DNA of 16,542 bases from contig JAWOCD010000008.1 in the NCBI GenBank assembly GCA_046483985.1, positions 1-16,542 of the forward strand, written 5' to 3'. The stretch is from Promethearchaeia archaeon (GTDB lineage: Archaea > Asgardarchaeota > Lokiarchaeia > Sigyniarchaeales > SOKP01). The notes under the pieces were generated by a model. It was not told the DNA's origin, ran no database searches, and saw only the letters and a program-made list of their open reading frames with translations. Shown here piece by piece: positions 7,119 to 16,234 of the stretch (the stretch's first letter is position 1; every line of letters starts with the position of its first letter). The position numbers and the translations under genes were made by a program.

Positions 7119-7841
7119 TCACTCATGGTTTTCGTATTCAAGAGGATCTTCAATACCTGCCTCTTGGAATCCCTTCAATCGCAATTTGCAAGCGGGACAT
7201 TCCCCACACGCTGGACGCTCACCCCGATAGCAGGTATGCGTATACTTAAACAATTCAATATCTCCCAACTCATCCATCATTCGCACGGTATCTGCTTTTG
7301 TTTTCCGCATTAAGGGCGTATGAATCATCATCCCCCGTTCCAACCCCAAGGTAAGCGTATTTTGCAGCGATTTCATAGTAGAATTGCGGCAATCCGGATA
7401 TCCAGAGAAATCCGTCTGCCCCACGCCCGTGACCAGGTTATCGATATGTTTCTGATATGCCCAAGACGCGGCAATGGTTAAGAAAAGGATATTTCGACCC
7501 GGGACAAACGTCGTGGGGAGTCCAGTCTCAGCATTTGTGGTTATTTCATCTTCTTGAATCATCGCCGTCTCCAATAAGTTGGAAATAAAAGGAATCTTAA
7601 CGATTTTATGCTCAACGATCTTGTTCCCGTTGAGCCAGTTCATTTTTATTTTTTTATTTTCTCGTAAGGCTTGCACTATTTTCTTCGCCCATTTAAGTTC
7701 CACTTCATGCCGCTGGTTATACTTAAATGAAATTGCAGTCACTTCCTCAAACTTCCGTAGCGCCCAAATCAAACACGTGGTTGAGTCCTGACCGCCACTA
7801 AACACCACGAGCGCGGGTTCCGCAATCTTTTTAATATCCAT
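7119..7841 (-). CDS. queC: 7-cyano-7-deazaguanine (preQ0) synthase
   Basis: PP-loop SGGQDSTT, TFVPGRN, DFSGYPDCR, IHTPL and Zn motif TCY-x6-CGECPAC. Confidence 0.96.
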   Translation of the reverse strand: MDIKKIAEPALVVFSGGQDSTTCLIWALRKFEEVTAISFKYNQRHEVELKWAKKIVQALRENKKIKMNWLNGNKIVEHKIVKIPFISNLLETAMIQEDEITTNAETGLPTTFVPGRNILFLTIAASWAYQKHIDNLVTGVGQTDFSGYPDCRNSTMKSLQNTLTLGLERGMMIHTPLMRKTKADTVRMMDELGDIELFKYTHTCYRGERPACGECPACKLRLKGFQEAGIEDPLEYENHE

Positions 7842-7988
7842 AAAAACTCTGCCTTAGCCATATTATGTCTATAGTCTAGAAGCCTTGAGGTAAGTTATGC
7901 TCCATACTTTTTATTGTCATTTATTAAAAGTATAATAACAAGATCTCTCATTCACTCTGTGAGTTAGATTATTATTATTAGCCTAAAG

Positions 7989-8780
7989 CTATAAACCCGC
8001 AATCAGATAAAAGACTAACCTTGCAAACGTGACAACACCTAAAACGAGGGATATATATCCGATGACTTTTTTCCCTTTCTCTTTTGGAATACTTTTCGCG
8101 ATCAGAGCCCCTAATGGAGTAGCGGACGCACCCGAGATGATCAATGCAATTAACAATGTCACTAATAACTCAATATTGGCCAATCCCGCGAATATAAAAT
8201 AAAGTAAAAATCCATATCCAGAAAGAAATGCTTGGGAGAAGATCGAAGTTGAGGCCGCCTCCTTATGATCTCTTCCGCTCATAAGCTGTCCCGTGGTCGC
8301 CAAAGGCCCGTACCCCCCTCCGATCAAGGCTTGATTGAATGCGGCTACGATGCTAATTATAAAAATTCCCCCCCACGAAAATTTAAATGTTAGCTCCTTA
8401 ATGAGTAGAAGACCAACTATTGATACCATAATGCCAATATAGGAAATTATAAAGAGCTCAGACACAGAAATTGCAATAAAAATGGCTATGGTCATTCCAA
8501 TCAATCCGAAACCGGTAAATATCCCTGTAATCTTCGTATCTTTTGTTTCCCTAGAAGTCAAATCTACATTCTTGTACACAGAGTGAAAATATGTGCCCAC
8601 AAATCCGAGCACTGTTTGTGCAACCAATAAGGCGGGTACCACCACAAGAGCGGTAAATCCTAAAAAAAGTAAAAGGGGGGTTGCTATTACCCCGTATCCC
8701 ATCCCAAATGAGTTGTTTACCAAGGATACCAGAAATCCCAGAAAGATCAAAGTGATAAAAGTACTTATGTTTAATTCCAT
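7989..8780 (-). CDS. Sulfite exporter TauE/SafE (DUF81) family permease
   Basis: About 8 TM helices; GMGYGVIATPLL and GGGYGP half-repeat motifs. Confidence 0.85.
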   Translation of the reverse strand: MELNISTFITLIFLGFLVSLVNNSFGMGYGVIATPLLLFLGFTALVVVPALLVAQTVLGFVGTYFHSVYKNVDLTSRETKDTKITGIFTGFGLIGMTIAIFIAISVSELFIISYIGIMVSIVGLLLIKELTFKFSWGGIFIISIVAAFNQALIGGGYGPLATTGQLMSGRDHKEAASTSIFSQAFLSGYGFLLYFIFAGLANIELLVTLLIALIISGASATPLGALIAKSIPKEKGKKVIGYISLVLGVVTFARLVFYLIAGL

Positions 8781-8803
8781 TTTTTTTTTTTTTTTTTTTT
8801 TTT
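8780..8803. repeat. 24-nt T homopolymer (poly-A on the coding strand running into the ATG)
   Basis: T at 8780-8803, counted directly. Confidence 0.95.
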
Positions 8804-8811
8804 CACTGGAT

Positions 8812-9594
8812 TTATAAATAATTAAGTAACAGCAAGATCAGTAAAAGGGAACCTAAGAAAATATAGATAACGGCCACGATACTCTTTCCTTTTTTCATAT
8901 TAATATGCTCCATGGTCAATGATCCCATGGGGGTTGCCATTAACCCAGCCACCAAAATAGTGAGAATAAGTTGTAAATCGGCAAAGATCGCACGTCCAAT
9001 AAACGCATAAAAGAGGAGAAAGGCCAAACCCGAGATCATCGATTCCGAGAAAGTGGTTACGATTTTGATCCTCTCAGATTTACCGCGATGTAAAAATTCT
9101 TCATAGGACATTAGAGGTCCATAGCCCGCTCCAGAAATGGTCTGATTAAAAGAGCCTATTGCACTCACGAATGCGAGTCGTTCTTTATTGAATTGAATTT
9201 GGATATCAATGATACTGATAATTCCAATAACAACCAACATTATAGAGATATAGAAAATGATGATTCCCTCGGGAATAAGAGAAATAAATGATATACCAAA
9301 AATTATCCCAATAATTCCCGCGATTAAATACCACGATGTCAACCTCAGACTTACATCCTCAGCCTCTTCATACCCTTCTCCCGCGTAGATTTGATGAAAG
9401 ATTATTTTCGAAAGCCCAGAAAGTAGCTGTACGAGTAATAAGATAGGGATAATCGCGTAAATCCCATAACCTAAAATTAGAAGGATCGGTGTTAATATCC
9501 CATAACCCATTTTATATGAACTGTCAATAAATGCAACCAAAAAGGAAGCAATAAAAATAATAAAGAATAACAATATCTCCATTTTAAAAACCAT
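8812..9594 (-). CDS. Sulfite exporter TauE/SafE (DUF81) family permease, tandem paralog
   Basis: DSSYKMGYGILTPILL, FNQTISGAGYGPL and ATPMG are colinear with the motifs of 7989-8780. Confidence 0.85.
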   Translation of the reverse strand: MVFKMEILLFFIIFIASFLVAFIDSSYKMGYGILTPILLILGYGIYAIIPILLLVQLLSGLSKIIFHQIYAGEGYEEAEDVSLRLTSWYLIAGIIGIIFGISFISLIPEGIIIFYISIMLVVIGIISIIDIQIQFNKERLAFVSAIGSFNQTISGAGYGPLMSYEEFLHRGKSERIKIVTTFSESMISGLAFLLFYAFIGRAIFADLQLILTILVAGLMATPMGSLTMEHINMKKGKSIVAVIYIFLGSLLLILLLLNYL

Positions 9595-9783
9595 CTCGAT
9601 TATATTTTCTAATCTTGGTCAATAGTTTTATAATTTAGATAAGTTCATACGATATAAAAAGCTAACGGTATAAATTAAGGATAATAAATCTCCATCATAT
9701 CCCTCTAAAAGCTTTTCTCGTTCTTAAAATTAATATGGTTGCCCTAGCTCAGGACAAGAATTTTAAAAAAAGAAGAGTTAATT

Positions 9784-10136
9784 TTAGTGTTTGATTCGCT
9801 TATACTTTAGAGATTTTCTAATAAGAATGATGATGGGAAGCAGTCCAGCTCCCACCAAGATAAAGAAGGCATAACCATCCCTCTTACCATTTCCAGCCTC
9901 GGAGTCATTCTCAGAGTCTTGGGTTTCATCCTCGGAGTCATTCTCCATTTGTGAATTAAATATGAGAAAATTTTCTTGACTCCCCGCGCCACCCGGGACC
10001 TCATAAGGGGTATCACCAATACCATTGTCATCAGTATCCGAACATTCATAATCCCCCCGTAATTTCCGATGGTCCCGTTATCCCACTGATTATTTACTCC
10101 TTCATCACCTGCATTCTGTCCGTTTTCAGAATTTTT
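9784..10136 (-). pseudogene. C-terminal remnant of a NosD/CASH beta-helix surface protein with acidic linker and C-terminal membrane anchor; frameshifted near 10058
   Basis: Manual translation: SENGQNAGDEGVNNQWDNGTIGNY / GDYECSDTDDNGIGDTPYEVPGGAGSQENF...ENDSEDETQDSENDSE...GYAFFILVGAGLLPIIILIRKSLKYKRIKH*. Restoring one T gives the expected GNYW. No N-terminus. Confidence 0.8.
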
Positions 10137-10261
10137 TTAAATTTTTGATTTGTATAAAATAAGTCCTTTTATATTTCTAACAACTTAATTGGTCTTGAAG
10201 GGGAGATCTCTTTTGTTTTATTAACGTTTTATAGACGAGATTTTTGCAACGGGAAATAAAA

Positions 10262-11125
10262 CTATTTTAGGAAACTGTTTAATTGTGAGGAGTTCATGAG
10301 TTTATCCTCGAATTCTTCATAAAATGGAGTAAATGCCTCTCTAACTTTAGCTTCGTCGCCGCTTTTCTCTTCTTGTGTATTAATTCGATTGAAATGAACA
10401 CGTTTAGAAATAAAATTATCAAAATATGTGGCATTCGGAAATTCCTTAAGCAACCGCTTACCGTAACTGGAAACCAAATCCTCATCATAATGGCGAACCA
10501 TATTAAAGATAAAGATGAGTTTTTTTTGAAGCTCATCAACGGCAATTTCACCACTGGCTTTCTTCCCTAATTCTCGCATCATTAAAATCGTTCTGCCGAG
10601 ATCATTAAGCGTAATACGGAGGGGAACAAAACAAATATCCGACGCTATTACATTTAATAAAGCATATTTCAAACCATAGCACGGAATTACATCAATTAAA
10701 ATATAGTTATAGGTCTTTTTTGGGATAAATTTAAGCGATTGTTGTAATTTTTTACTTCTCCCAAGCGATGATCCATACCAAATTTCTCCCATAACATCCT
10801 CTAACCTAATACTGGAAGCTATAAAATCTAAGGTTACGCTTTGAAAGCGAGAGCGAGAAATAAATTGTTTAATATCACTTTTAGCCAATTCATTTCTGTT
10901 TGCTAATTTTAATAAATCTGCTGAAGTTCTTTTATGATTCTCGATGTCAGCATAATACTTTTGGATATCCTTTAATTTAAGAGTCAGCCCTAAGCTCGGA
11001 TCTAAATCGATCAGCAGATTCGGTTTATTTCTCTCTTTCAAGAACCAACTCAGTAAAACGGCAATGGAAGTTTTTCCAACTCCTCCAGGTGCCGATAAAA
11101 ATGATATTACCTTAGGTTCTGTCAT
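10262..11125 (-). CDS. ParA/Soj/MinD-family ATPase with atypical Walker A
   Basis: ISFLSAPGGVGKTS (Walker A), LLIDLDP (Walker A'), YNYILIDVIP (Walker B), FIFNMV. Confidence 0.88.
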   Translation of the reverse strand: MTEPKVISFLSAPGGVGKTSIAVLLSWFLKERNKPNLLIDLDPSLGLTLKLKDIQKYYADIENHKRTSADLLKLANRNELAKSDIKQFISRSRFQSVTLDFIASSIRLEDVMGEIWYGSSLGRSKKLQQSLKFIPKKTYNYILIDVIPCYGLKYALLNVIASDICFVPLRITLNDLGRTILMMRELGKKASGEIAVDELQKKLIFIFNMVRHYDEDLVSSYGKRLLKEFPNATYFDNFISKRVHFNRINTQEEKSGDEAKVREAFTPFYEEFEDKLMNSSQLNSFLK

Positions 11126-11537
11126 GATTAAAAACCAACAATTTTTTTCTCTTCTTATTAATCAAAATTCCAATAAAATTTAATTCTTTCGAAAGGGTGC
11201 CGAAAGCATTAATAAACTTATCATTCAAATAATCATGGACATGTATTAGATACACATTTTGCATGTCGTAAAGGTGCTTTTGCGCTAACACTTGGCTAAT
11301 TCCAGAATAATAGTTTGTGTTATATTTTACCTCGATTGCAAAATCTTGGGTAAGAAGATCAACTTCAACATCTGGATAGGGATCTGAAGTCAAAGTCTTT
11401 CTTTTTTGACAATCAAGATTTATCGCAAGCAAATCTTGCACGTCTCTTTCTCTTTCTGATTCGCAGATCAAATCAAGGATTATCCTCAATTGTGAAATAA
11501 TCTGAACAGTGAGATTATTATTTTCAAGGTCGTTCAT
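11112..11537 (-). CDS. Putative PD-(D/E)xK restriction-endonuclease-fold protein; overlaps the ParA start by 14 bp
   Basis: ERDVQ helix, then EVDLL-x-FAIEVK (D...ExK), then GISQVLA helix. Confidence 0.65.
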   Translation of the reverse strand: MNDLENNNLTVQIISQLRIILDLICESERERDVQDLLAINLDCQKRKTLTSDPYPDVEVDLLTQDFAIEVKYNTNYYSGISQVLAQKHLYDMQNVYLIHVHDYLNDKFINAFGTLSKELNFIGILINKKRKKLLVFNHDRT

Positions 11538-11744
11538 TTATCTTTGATATTAATTCTCTGAGAAAGTTTAAATATTTTTCCTTAAAAGTTGGAAAGAAAA
11601 TTAAAAGTTAGTATAACTTATCTAAAGCTTTTAAATGTTTTGTAGTATCTTCTACTGGTGTTGACTTTTTATACCTTAAATTTCTGATTATGAGAGTAAT
11701 ATTGATTGTTTATGAGAGTAATAAATAATTCTCGACTTTCTTGC

Positions 11745-12065
11745 CCCGTTATAGGAGCCAGAGCGTCCTCGGGGAATAAAATCATACCAATCCGGATTTT
11801 TCCTTCAATCGCCACCAGTATTTCCTTTGAAGACGGCATAATGGATTCGCATCCCTTAGATGCAGAGATTAAAGCTGCCATCAAGAAAATCTCCAAGCGA
11901 ACTTTTATGTTGATGGACTCAACCAAATTCAACAAAACCAGCCCCATTAAAACCTTCGATCTGGACGAAATCGAGTTCCTTATTACGAACAATAATGACC
12001 CACAAGAGTTCATAGAAAAATTCTGGGATAAAGGGATGAAAGTAGATATCATCCAGGTCGAATAA
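11745..12065 (+). pseudogene. DeoR/GlpR-family regulator, C-terminal sensor-domain remnant without HTH
   Basis: SISFEDGIMDSHPLDAEIKAAIKKISKRTFMLMDSTKFNKTS...LDEIEFLITN follows the DeoRC pattern (EAEIK...LADSSKF...ID.LITD). The upstream part is degenerate and the left boundary is approximate. Confidence 0.75.
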
Positions 12066-12319
12066 ACGAGATTTAGAATCTATATTTGCTCAGCTTCTTT
12101 TTCCTATAGTATGTTAGGTAAAACAAGAGATTTAAAACTTTTTTCCAGTCTTTAAAACTTCCCGTATTAGGGGATTTTACCAATATGTATAAATATCTAA
12201 AGGCAGTGGATAATAGTTACAAACATAAAAACATATTCAGCAATAAATACAACGGGAAAATTAGTCGATTACAATACGAAGATTTTTTAACTTCAAATAG
12301 CATTTTAATAGTAGAAAAA

Positions 12320-13225
12320 ATGACTCAAAAAAAATCTGGGCCAATCTCAAATTCTGGTGAAAAATCAGAGGAATGGAGATCGACTCGGGTCGAGAATGCC
12401 CCTCCGGATTTATTTGACCCCGATCAACCTCGATTGGGGAGGCGAGAAAGCGAACCTCATTCAACGGAAGTTACCTACCTACATGATGTATTAAAAACTA
12501 ATTTCCCAAATGGTAGAGTCTTTTGGGACTTGCATCACTATTTTATTGCTCCAAAAGGGGCATTAAAGGGAAAGAAAATAGATATTCAATTTGATATTTC
12601 GTTTTTTAAAAAATTATCAGTCTCTTACGCCTTACCATCTTATGACGCTACAAAGTATGAGGGAAAGGTTCCAGATATTGCCATTAATATCCTTTCCAAA
12701 AGTACTTGGAGAGCAGATCTTAGCGAGCATGTTGAGGCATGTAAAGATTTATCTATTCCCGTTTATGTAATATTCAGCCCTTATTTGGTTACTAGTAAGA
12801 GATACGCGCCACCTTTTCTACGTGCGTATATTCTCCAAGAAAATGGATCTTATAAGCAAAAAGAGCTTCGAAGCATAACCATTAAGGAAAAAAACGGTGA
12901 GATCGACGAAAACCATATAATTGATATTAGCGATAAACTACCATTTAGATTAGGATTGATGCAGCTTCAACAGAGATATTTAGGAGGGAAGCAAATTTAT
13001 CGATTAATTATAATAGATCAATCTAAACCCAAGATTCTTCTGACTAGGAGAGAAAAAGAACTGAAGGAAGCAAAAAAGAAAATTAAAGAAGTTAAAAAGA
13101 AAGCTGAAAATGCCAAAAAGGAAGCTGAAAATGCTAATAAGGAAGCTGAAAATGCCAAAAAGGAAGCTGAAAAATTGAGAAAAGAACTTCAAAAATATCA
13201 AGATAAATTTGGAAAATTGGATTAA
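12320..13225 (+). CDS. Uma2/DUF820-like endonuclease-fold protein with C-terminal coiled coil (ORF track start 12185; MTQKK at 12320 preferred)
   Basis: ESEPHS, QFDISFF, VPDIAINILSKSTWRAD and LSIPVYVIF follow the Uma2 layout; K/E/A heptad tail. Confidence 0.75.
   Translation: MTQKKSGPISNSGEKSEEWRSTRVENAPPDLFDPDQPRLGRRESEPHSTEVTYLHDVLKTNFPNGRVFWDLHHYFIAPKGALKGKKIDIQFDISFFKKLSVSYALPSYDATKYEGKVPDIAINILSKSTWRADLSEHVEACKDLSIPVYVIFSPYLVTSKRYAPPFLRAYILQENGSYKQKELRSITIKEKNGEIDENHIIDISDKLPFRLGLMQLQQRYLGGKQIYRLIIIDQSKPKILLTRREKELKEAKKKIKEVKKKAENAKKEAENANKEAENAKKEAEKLRKELQKYQDKFGKLD
13097..13173 (+). repeat. 21-bp coding tandem repeat (~3.7 units) encoding KEAENAK heptads
   Basis: aagaaagctgaaaatgccaaa aaggaagctgaaaatgctaat aaggaagctgaaaatgccaaa aaggaagctgaaaa. 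Confidence 0.9.
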
Positions 13226-13469
13226 GTTTTTTCTTCACGCATTCTGTTCTGCTGAGTTATTAACGAACTTTTACGTAAATATTTCCTCAAATAGGAAAAA
13301 CAATTTGGAAATCCTGTGGGAATATGATATAAATAAAGAGTTTTTGCTTCTGATTCTTTTGTAGAAAATTCCTTTTCGAGTTTTTTTGTTTCCCTTATTA
13401 ATTCTTTCAATGAATGGGTAAGAATTGCAAAAACGGGTTCTAATGAGTGAACATAAATTTCATAAAGAT

Positions 13470-14384
13470 TTATTTTTTAATTTTCAATCCACGGTTTTCC
13501 AATTTTTTCACAGATCCTGGAATTTGCATCCAAAAATTACCTTTCAGATTTAGCTCTTTAAGACATGATAAATTAGAAAGGGAAGAGGGAAGTTTCCGTA
13601 ATTTATTTGAACTAAGATTAAGATATTCAAGAGATTTAAGGTTTCCGATTTCGGGTGGTAAAGATTTTAATTGATTCGAACTCAGATTTAAACGTGTGAG
13701 TGTCTGAATATGGCAAATGGTCTTAGGAAATTCTTCAAATTGATTCAATCGAAGGTTTAAGTGTTTCAGAGATGGTAAAAGGCCAAAAGAATCTGGCAAT
13801 TGTGTTAATTTATTGCGCCGCAAACTTAGAGTCGTTAAAGCCGAAAGTTCATCTATTCTTGCTGGGAAGCATTCAACTTTATTTGAATTCAAGATTAATT
13901 TTCGGAGAGAGTTTAGCTTAGTTACATGAGAAGGAAGTTCAGTGAATTGATTATGATCTAGACGAAGTATCTCAAGATTAGGCATACGTAAAATCGGTTT
14001 TGGAAATTTATGCATAAAATTATGGCTTAAAAAGAGTGTTTTTACAGATAAAAGTCTTGAGATAAGCGGAGGTAGCGTTTTCAGGCGACAACGGGGCAAG
14101 GATATCCCGGTAATTTTCTTTCCTTGCTCTTTATAACCGATTTGTTTATTCGTAATAGTTTCTTTGCGAGGAATCTTTTTTCCAATAATAGATTCCAAAG
14201 AATCCAAATAGTTTTTTCCGTCCGATTGGGGCTTCTGATCCGTGTCATTTCTTGTATCGTGTAAAGATTCCAACGGTTGCAATGGTTCGCCGTATTTCGG
14301 ACAGTTTTGAGCCTTGGGGGGGCACAAAGACCCGCAAAAAGGACAAGGTCGGCGGACTATTTTATGGGAGAAATTTTGTTTCAT
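13470..14384 (-). CDS. Leucine-rich repeat protein with N-terminal (degenerate) zinc ribbon
   Basis: About eight 23-residue LxxLxLxxNxL repeats; CPFCG-x9-CPKYG at the N-terminus. Confidence 0.92.
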   Translation of the reverse strand: MKQNFSHKIVRRPCPFCGSLCPPKAQNCPKYGEPLQPLESLHDTRNDTDQKPQSDGKNYLDSLESIIGKKIPRKETITNKQIGYKEQGKKITGISLPRCRLKTLPPLISRLLSVKTLFLSHNFMHKFPKPILRMPNLEILRLDHNQFTELPSHVTKLNSLRKLILNSNKVECFPARIDELSALTTLSLRRNKLTQLPDSFGLLPSLKHLNLRLNQFEEFPKTICHIQTLTRLNLSSNQLKSLPPEIGNLKSLEYLNLSSNKLRKLPSSLSNLSCLKELNLKGNFWMQIPGSVKKLENRGLKIKK

Positions 14385-14441
14385 AATTTTAATTGAATAT
14401 CTTAATTATTCCGATAATAATAATAATTATTTTAATAATAT

Positions 14442-15902
14442 TTAATACGGAATGGGACTGATTTTAAAAGTATAAACAGGACACTCTCCCATATCGTTGG
14501 GCAATGTAATTTGAACTTTCGAGCCCGCTAGAGAAAACTTGATGGGCGATCCGAGGAACATAATTTCACTTGTTTTTTTCAATCGAAGATCTTCAAAAGT
14601 AATAATGGTCGTGTTCGGTTTTTCCATCAAAAACACAAACAAGACATTCTCTTTCTGCTTTTGCGTAAATCGCACCGAAATCCCTTCTTTCGTTTCACCC
14701 TCAGCACGTGTCCAGGGGCGTGTTCCAAAAATCCCCTCACCGTTCACCTCCAGCCATTCCCCAAGTGCTAAAAGCACCTCCCTTTGCTCCTTCGGAATTG
14801 TCCCGTCAGCCTTCGGCCCTACATTTAATAATAAATTCCCGTTTTTGCTGACAATATCGACGAACTTCCGAATTAAATCTTTCGGCGTGAGATAATCCTC
14901 TGCAGTTTCTGCCTGGTTGTAACCAAACGAGTTGCCAATACCTCTCGTTGATTCCCACTTCGTCTCTTTAATTTCAGAGAAGTGAGCATATTCCGGAGTA
15001 GTGAAGTCGCACGGAGGATTAAACAATGGAGAGCCTCCCGTGCCTCCTTCCTTAGTCATCGCCCGCTCAGCAAAGTAGCGAATTAATGCAGCAAATGGCT
15101 TGAATTTGATAATCTTTCGCAGCCATTTTGAATATTGACTCCAACGATCATTAATCACGCCCTCCGGTTGTTTATTATAAAAATAGGCGAATAACTCATA
15201 CAAATCTACGCCGGGAGGATATCCGATATCATTCCACAGAATCATGGTCTTGTATTTATCGATTAGTTCCCGCCAATGTACATTTGCATAATCGATATAA
15301 TCATCCGTCATTACTCCGTTATTTGCCATGCTTACCACATCCGTAATCGGCTCGGTATTAAACGACCAATCCAGGGCTCCCGAATAATAACAACCCATTT
15401 TCATGCCTTCGTTCCGCACCGCATCCGCAAGTTCGCCCACGATATCTCGGTTGGCATGATATCCCTCTTTATGCGGATGGGGGTGTTCACTAGGCCAGAG
15501 TAAGAACCCATCGTGATGTTTAGTTACCAAAACGACATACTGCGCGCCAGCTTGTTTAAATAATTCTGCCATGACCTCGGGCTCCCATTTTTGGATTTCT
15601 TCATTAAACATAGGTACGAAATCATCATAGGCAAAATCTTCTCCGTAGTTCTCTTTATGATACTCTTGCGTCGGGGTTCCATCTATTCTCAGCGAGTTTA
15701 GATACCACTCGGCATAGGGGTTATTCCGAAAATTTCCCTCCATTCCCTTTTCCTTGATAAGTTCGATAAGATCAACTCCCGTGCGTGCCCATGCCGGTAC
15801 GGAATAGAGCCCCCAGTGGACAAAAATCCCCAATTTCGCATCATGAAACCACTCAGGCAGTGAATGGTTTTTAATTGATTTTTTAGTAGGTGTATACTTC
15901 AT
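14442..15902 (-). CDS. Alpha-L-fucosidase, glycoside hydrolase family 29
   Basis: PEWFHDAKLGIFVHWGLYSVP, YAEWY, TKHHDGF, nucleophile region ILWND, INDRW and VSKNGNLLLNVGP. No signal peptide. Confidence 0.96.
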   Translation of the reverse strand: MKYTPTKKSIKNHSLPEWFHDAKLGIFVHWGLYSVPAWARTGVDLIELIKEKGMEGNFRNNPYAEWYLNSLRIDGTPTQEYHKENYGEDFAYDDFVPMFNEEIQKWEPEVMAELFKQAGAQYVVLVTKHHDGFLLWPSEHPHPHKEGYHANRDIVGELADAVRNEGMKMGCYYSGALDWSFNTEPITDVVSMANNGVMTDDYIDYANVHWRELIDKYKTMILWNDIGYPPGVDLYELFAYFYNKQPEGVINDRWSQYSKWLRKIIKFKPFAALIRYFAERAMTKEGGTGGSPLFNPPCDFTTPEYAHFSEIKETKWESTRGIGNSFGYNQAETAEDYLTPKDLIRKFVDIVSKNGNLLLNVGPKADGTIPKEQREVLLALGEWLEVNGEGIFGTRPWTRAEGETKEGISVRFTQKQKENVLFVFLMEKPNTTIITFEDLRLKKTSEIMFLGSPIKFSLAGSKVQITLPNDMGECPVYTFKISPIPY

Positions 15903-15937
15903 ATTAGAATTATATTGTTTAAAAGGTAATAAGAACC

Positions 15938-16131
15938 TTAAGAATTGAAATCGGTTTCTTGGTTAAGAATTTTAATATCATTTTTCTCCGCTAACGATAT
16001 ATTAATTTCTTTTAATCTATTGATTATTTCATCGGTATCGAATATATCTTTTTTCGATATTTTACACAACAGATGTAATGGTAGTTTAATGAATACACCG
16101 AATGAGCACCTTTATCAAGTTCGTATCTCAT
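15938..16131 (-). pseudogene. tnpA: IS200/IS605-family Y1 transposase, frameshifted and truncated just before the HUH motif; not in the ORF track
   Basis: MRYELDKGAHSVYSLNYHYICCVKYRKKI / FDTDEIINRLKEINISLAEKNDIKILNQETD, with a 2-nt insertion in the ATAT run near 16042-16047. Confidence 0.9.
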
Positions 16132-16194
16132 ACTATTTCACTTGGTTACTAAGATAATACCAAAAAACAAATATAAAAATGTTTGTATAATATA

Positions 16195-16234
16195 CGAAAT
16201 TCATCCCCACCCTAAAGGGATGGGGACTTCTTTC
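16195..16234 (-). mobile_element. IS200/IS605 left-end subterminal hairpin
   Basis: Minus strand: cgaaagaag TCCCCATCCC ttta GGG-TGGGGA tgaatttcg, about 65 bp upstream of tnpA. Confidence 0.8.

Noticed and set aside
7119-7841. QueC as part of QatABCD, type IV CBASS or a dpd cluster
   Set aside because: The protein is canonical in length and motifs, and no QatA/B/D, cyclase, TGT or DpdA gene is in the window.
9807-10049. 80-aa ORF from the track
   Set aside because: It is the shifted-frame product of the NosD-type pseudogene; the meaningful translation is in another frame.
13222-13476. Open frame between the Uma2-like and LRR genes
   Set aside because: No good start codon and no recognisable motif.
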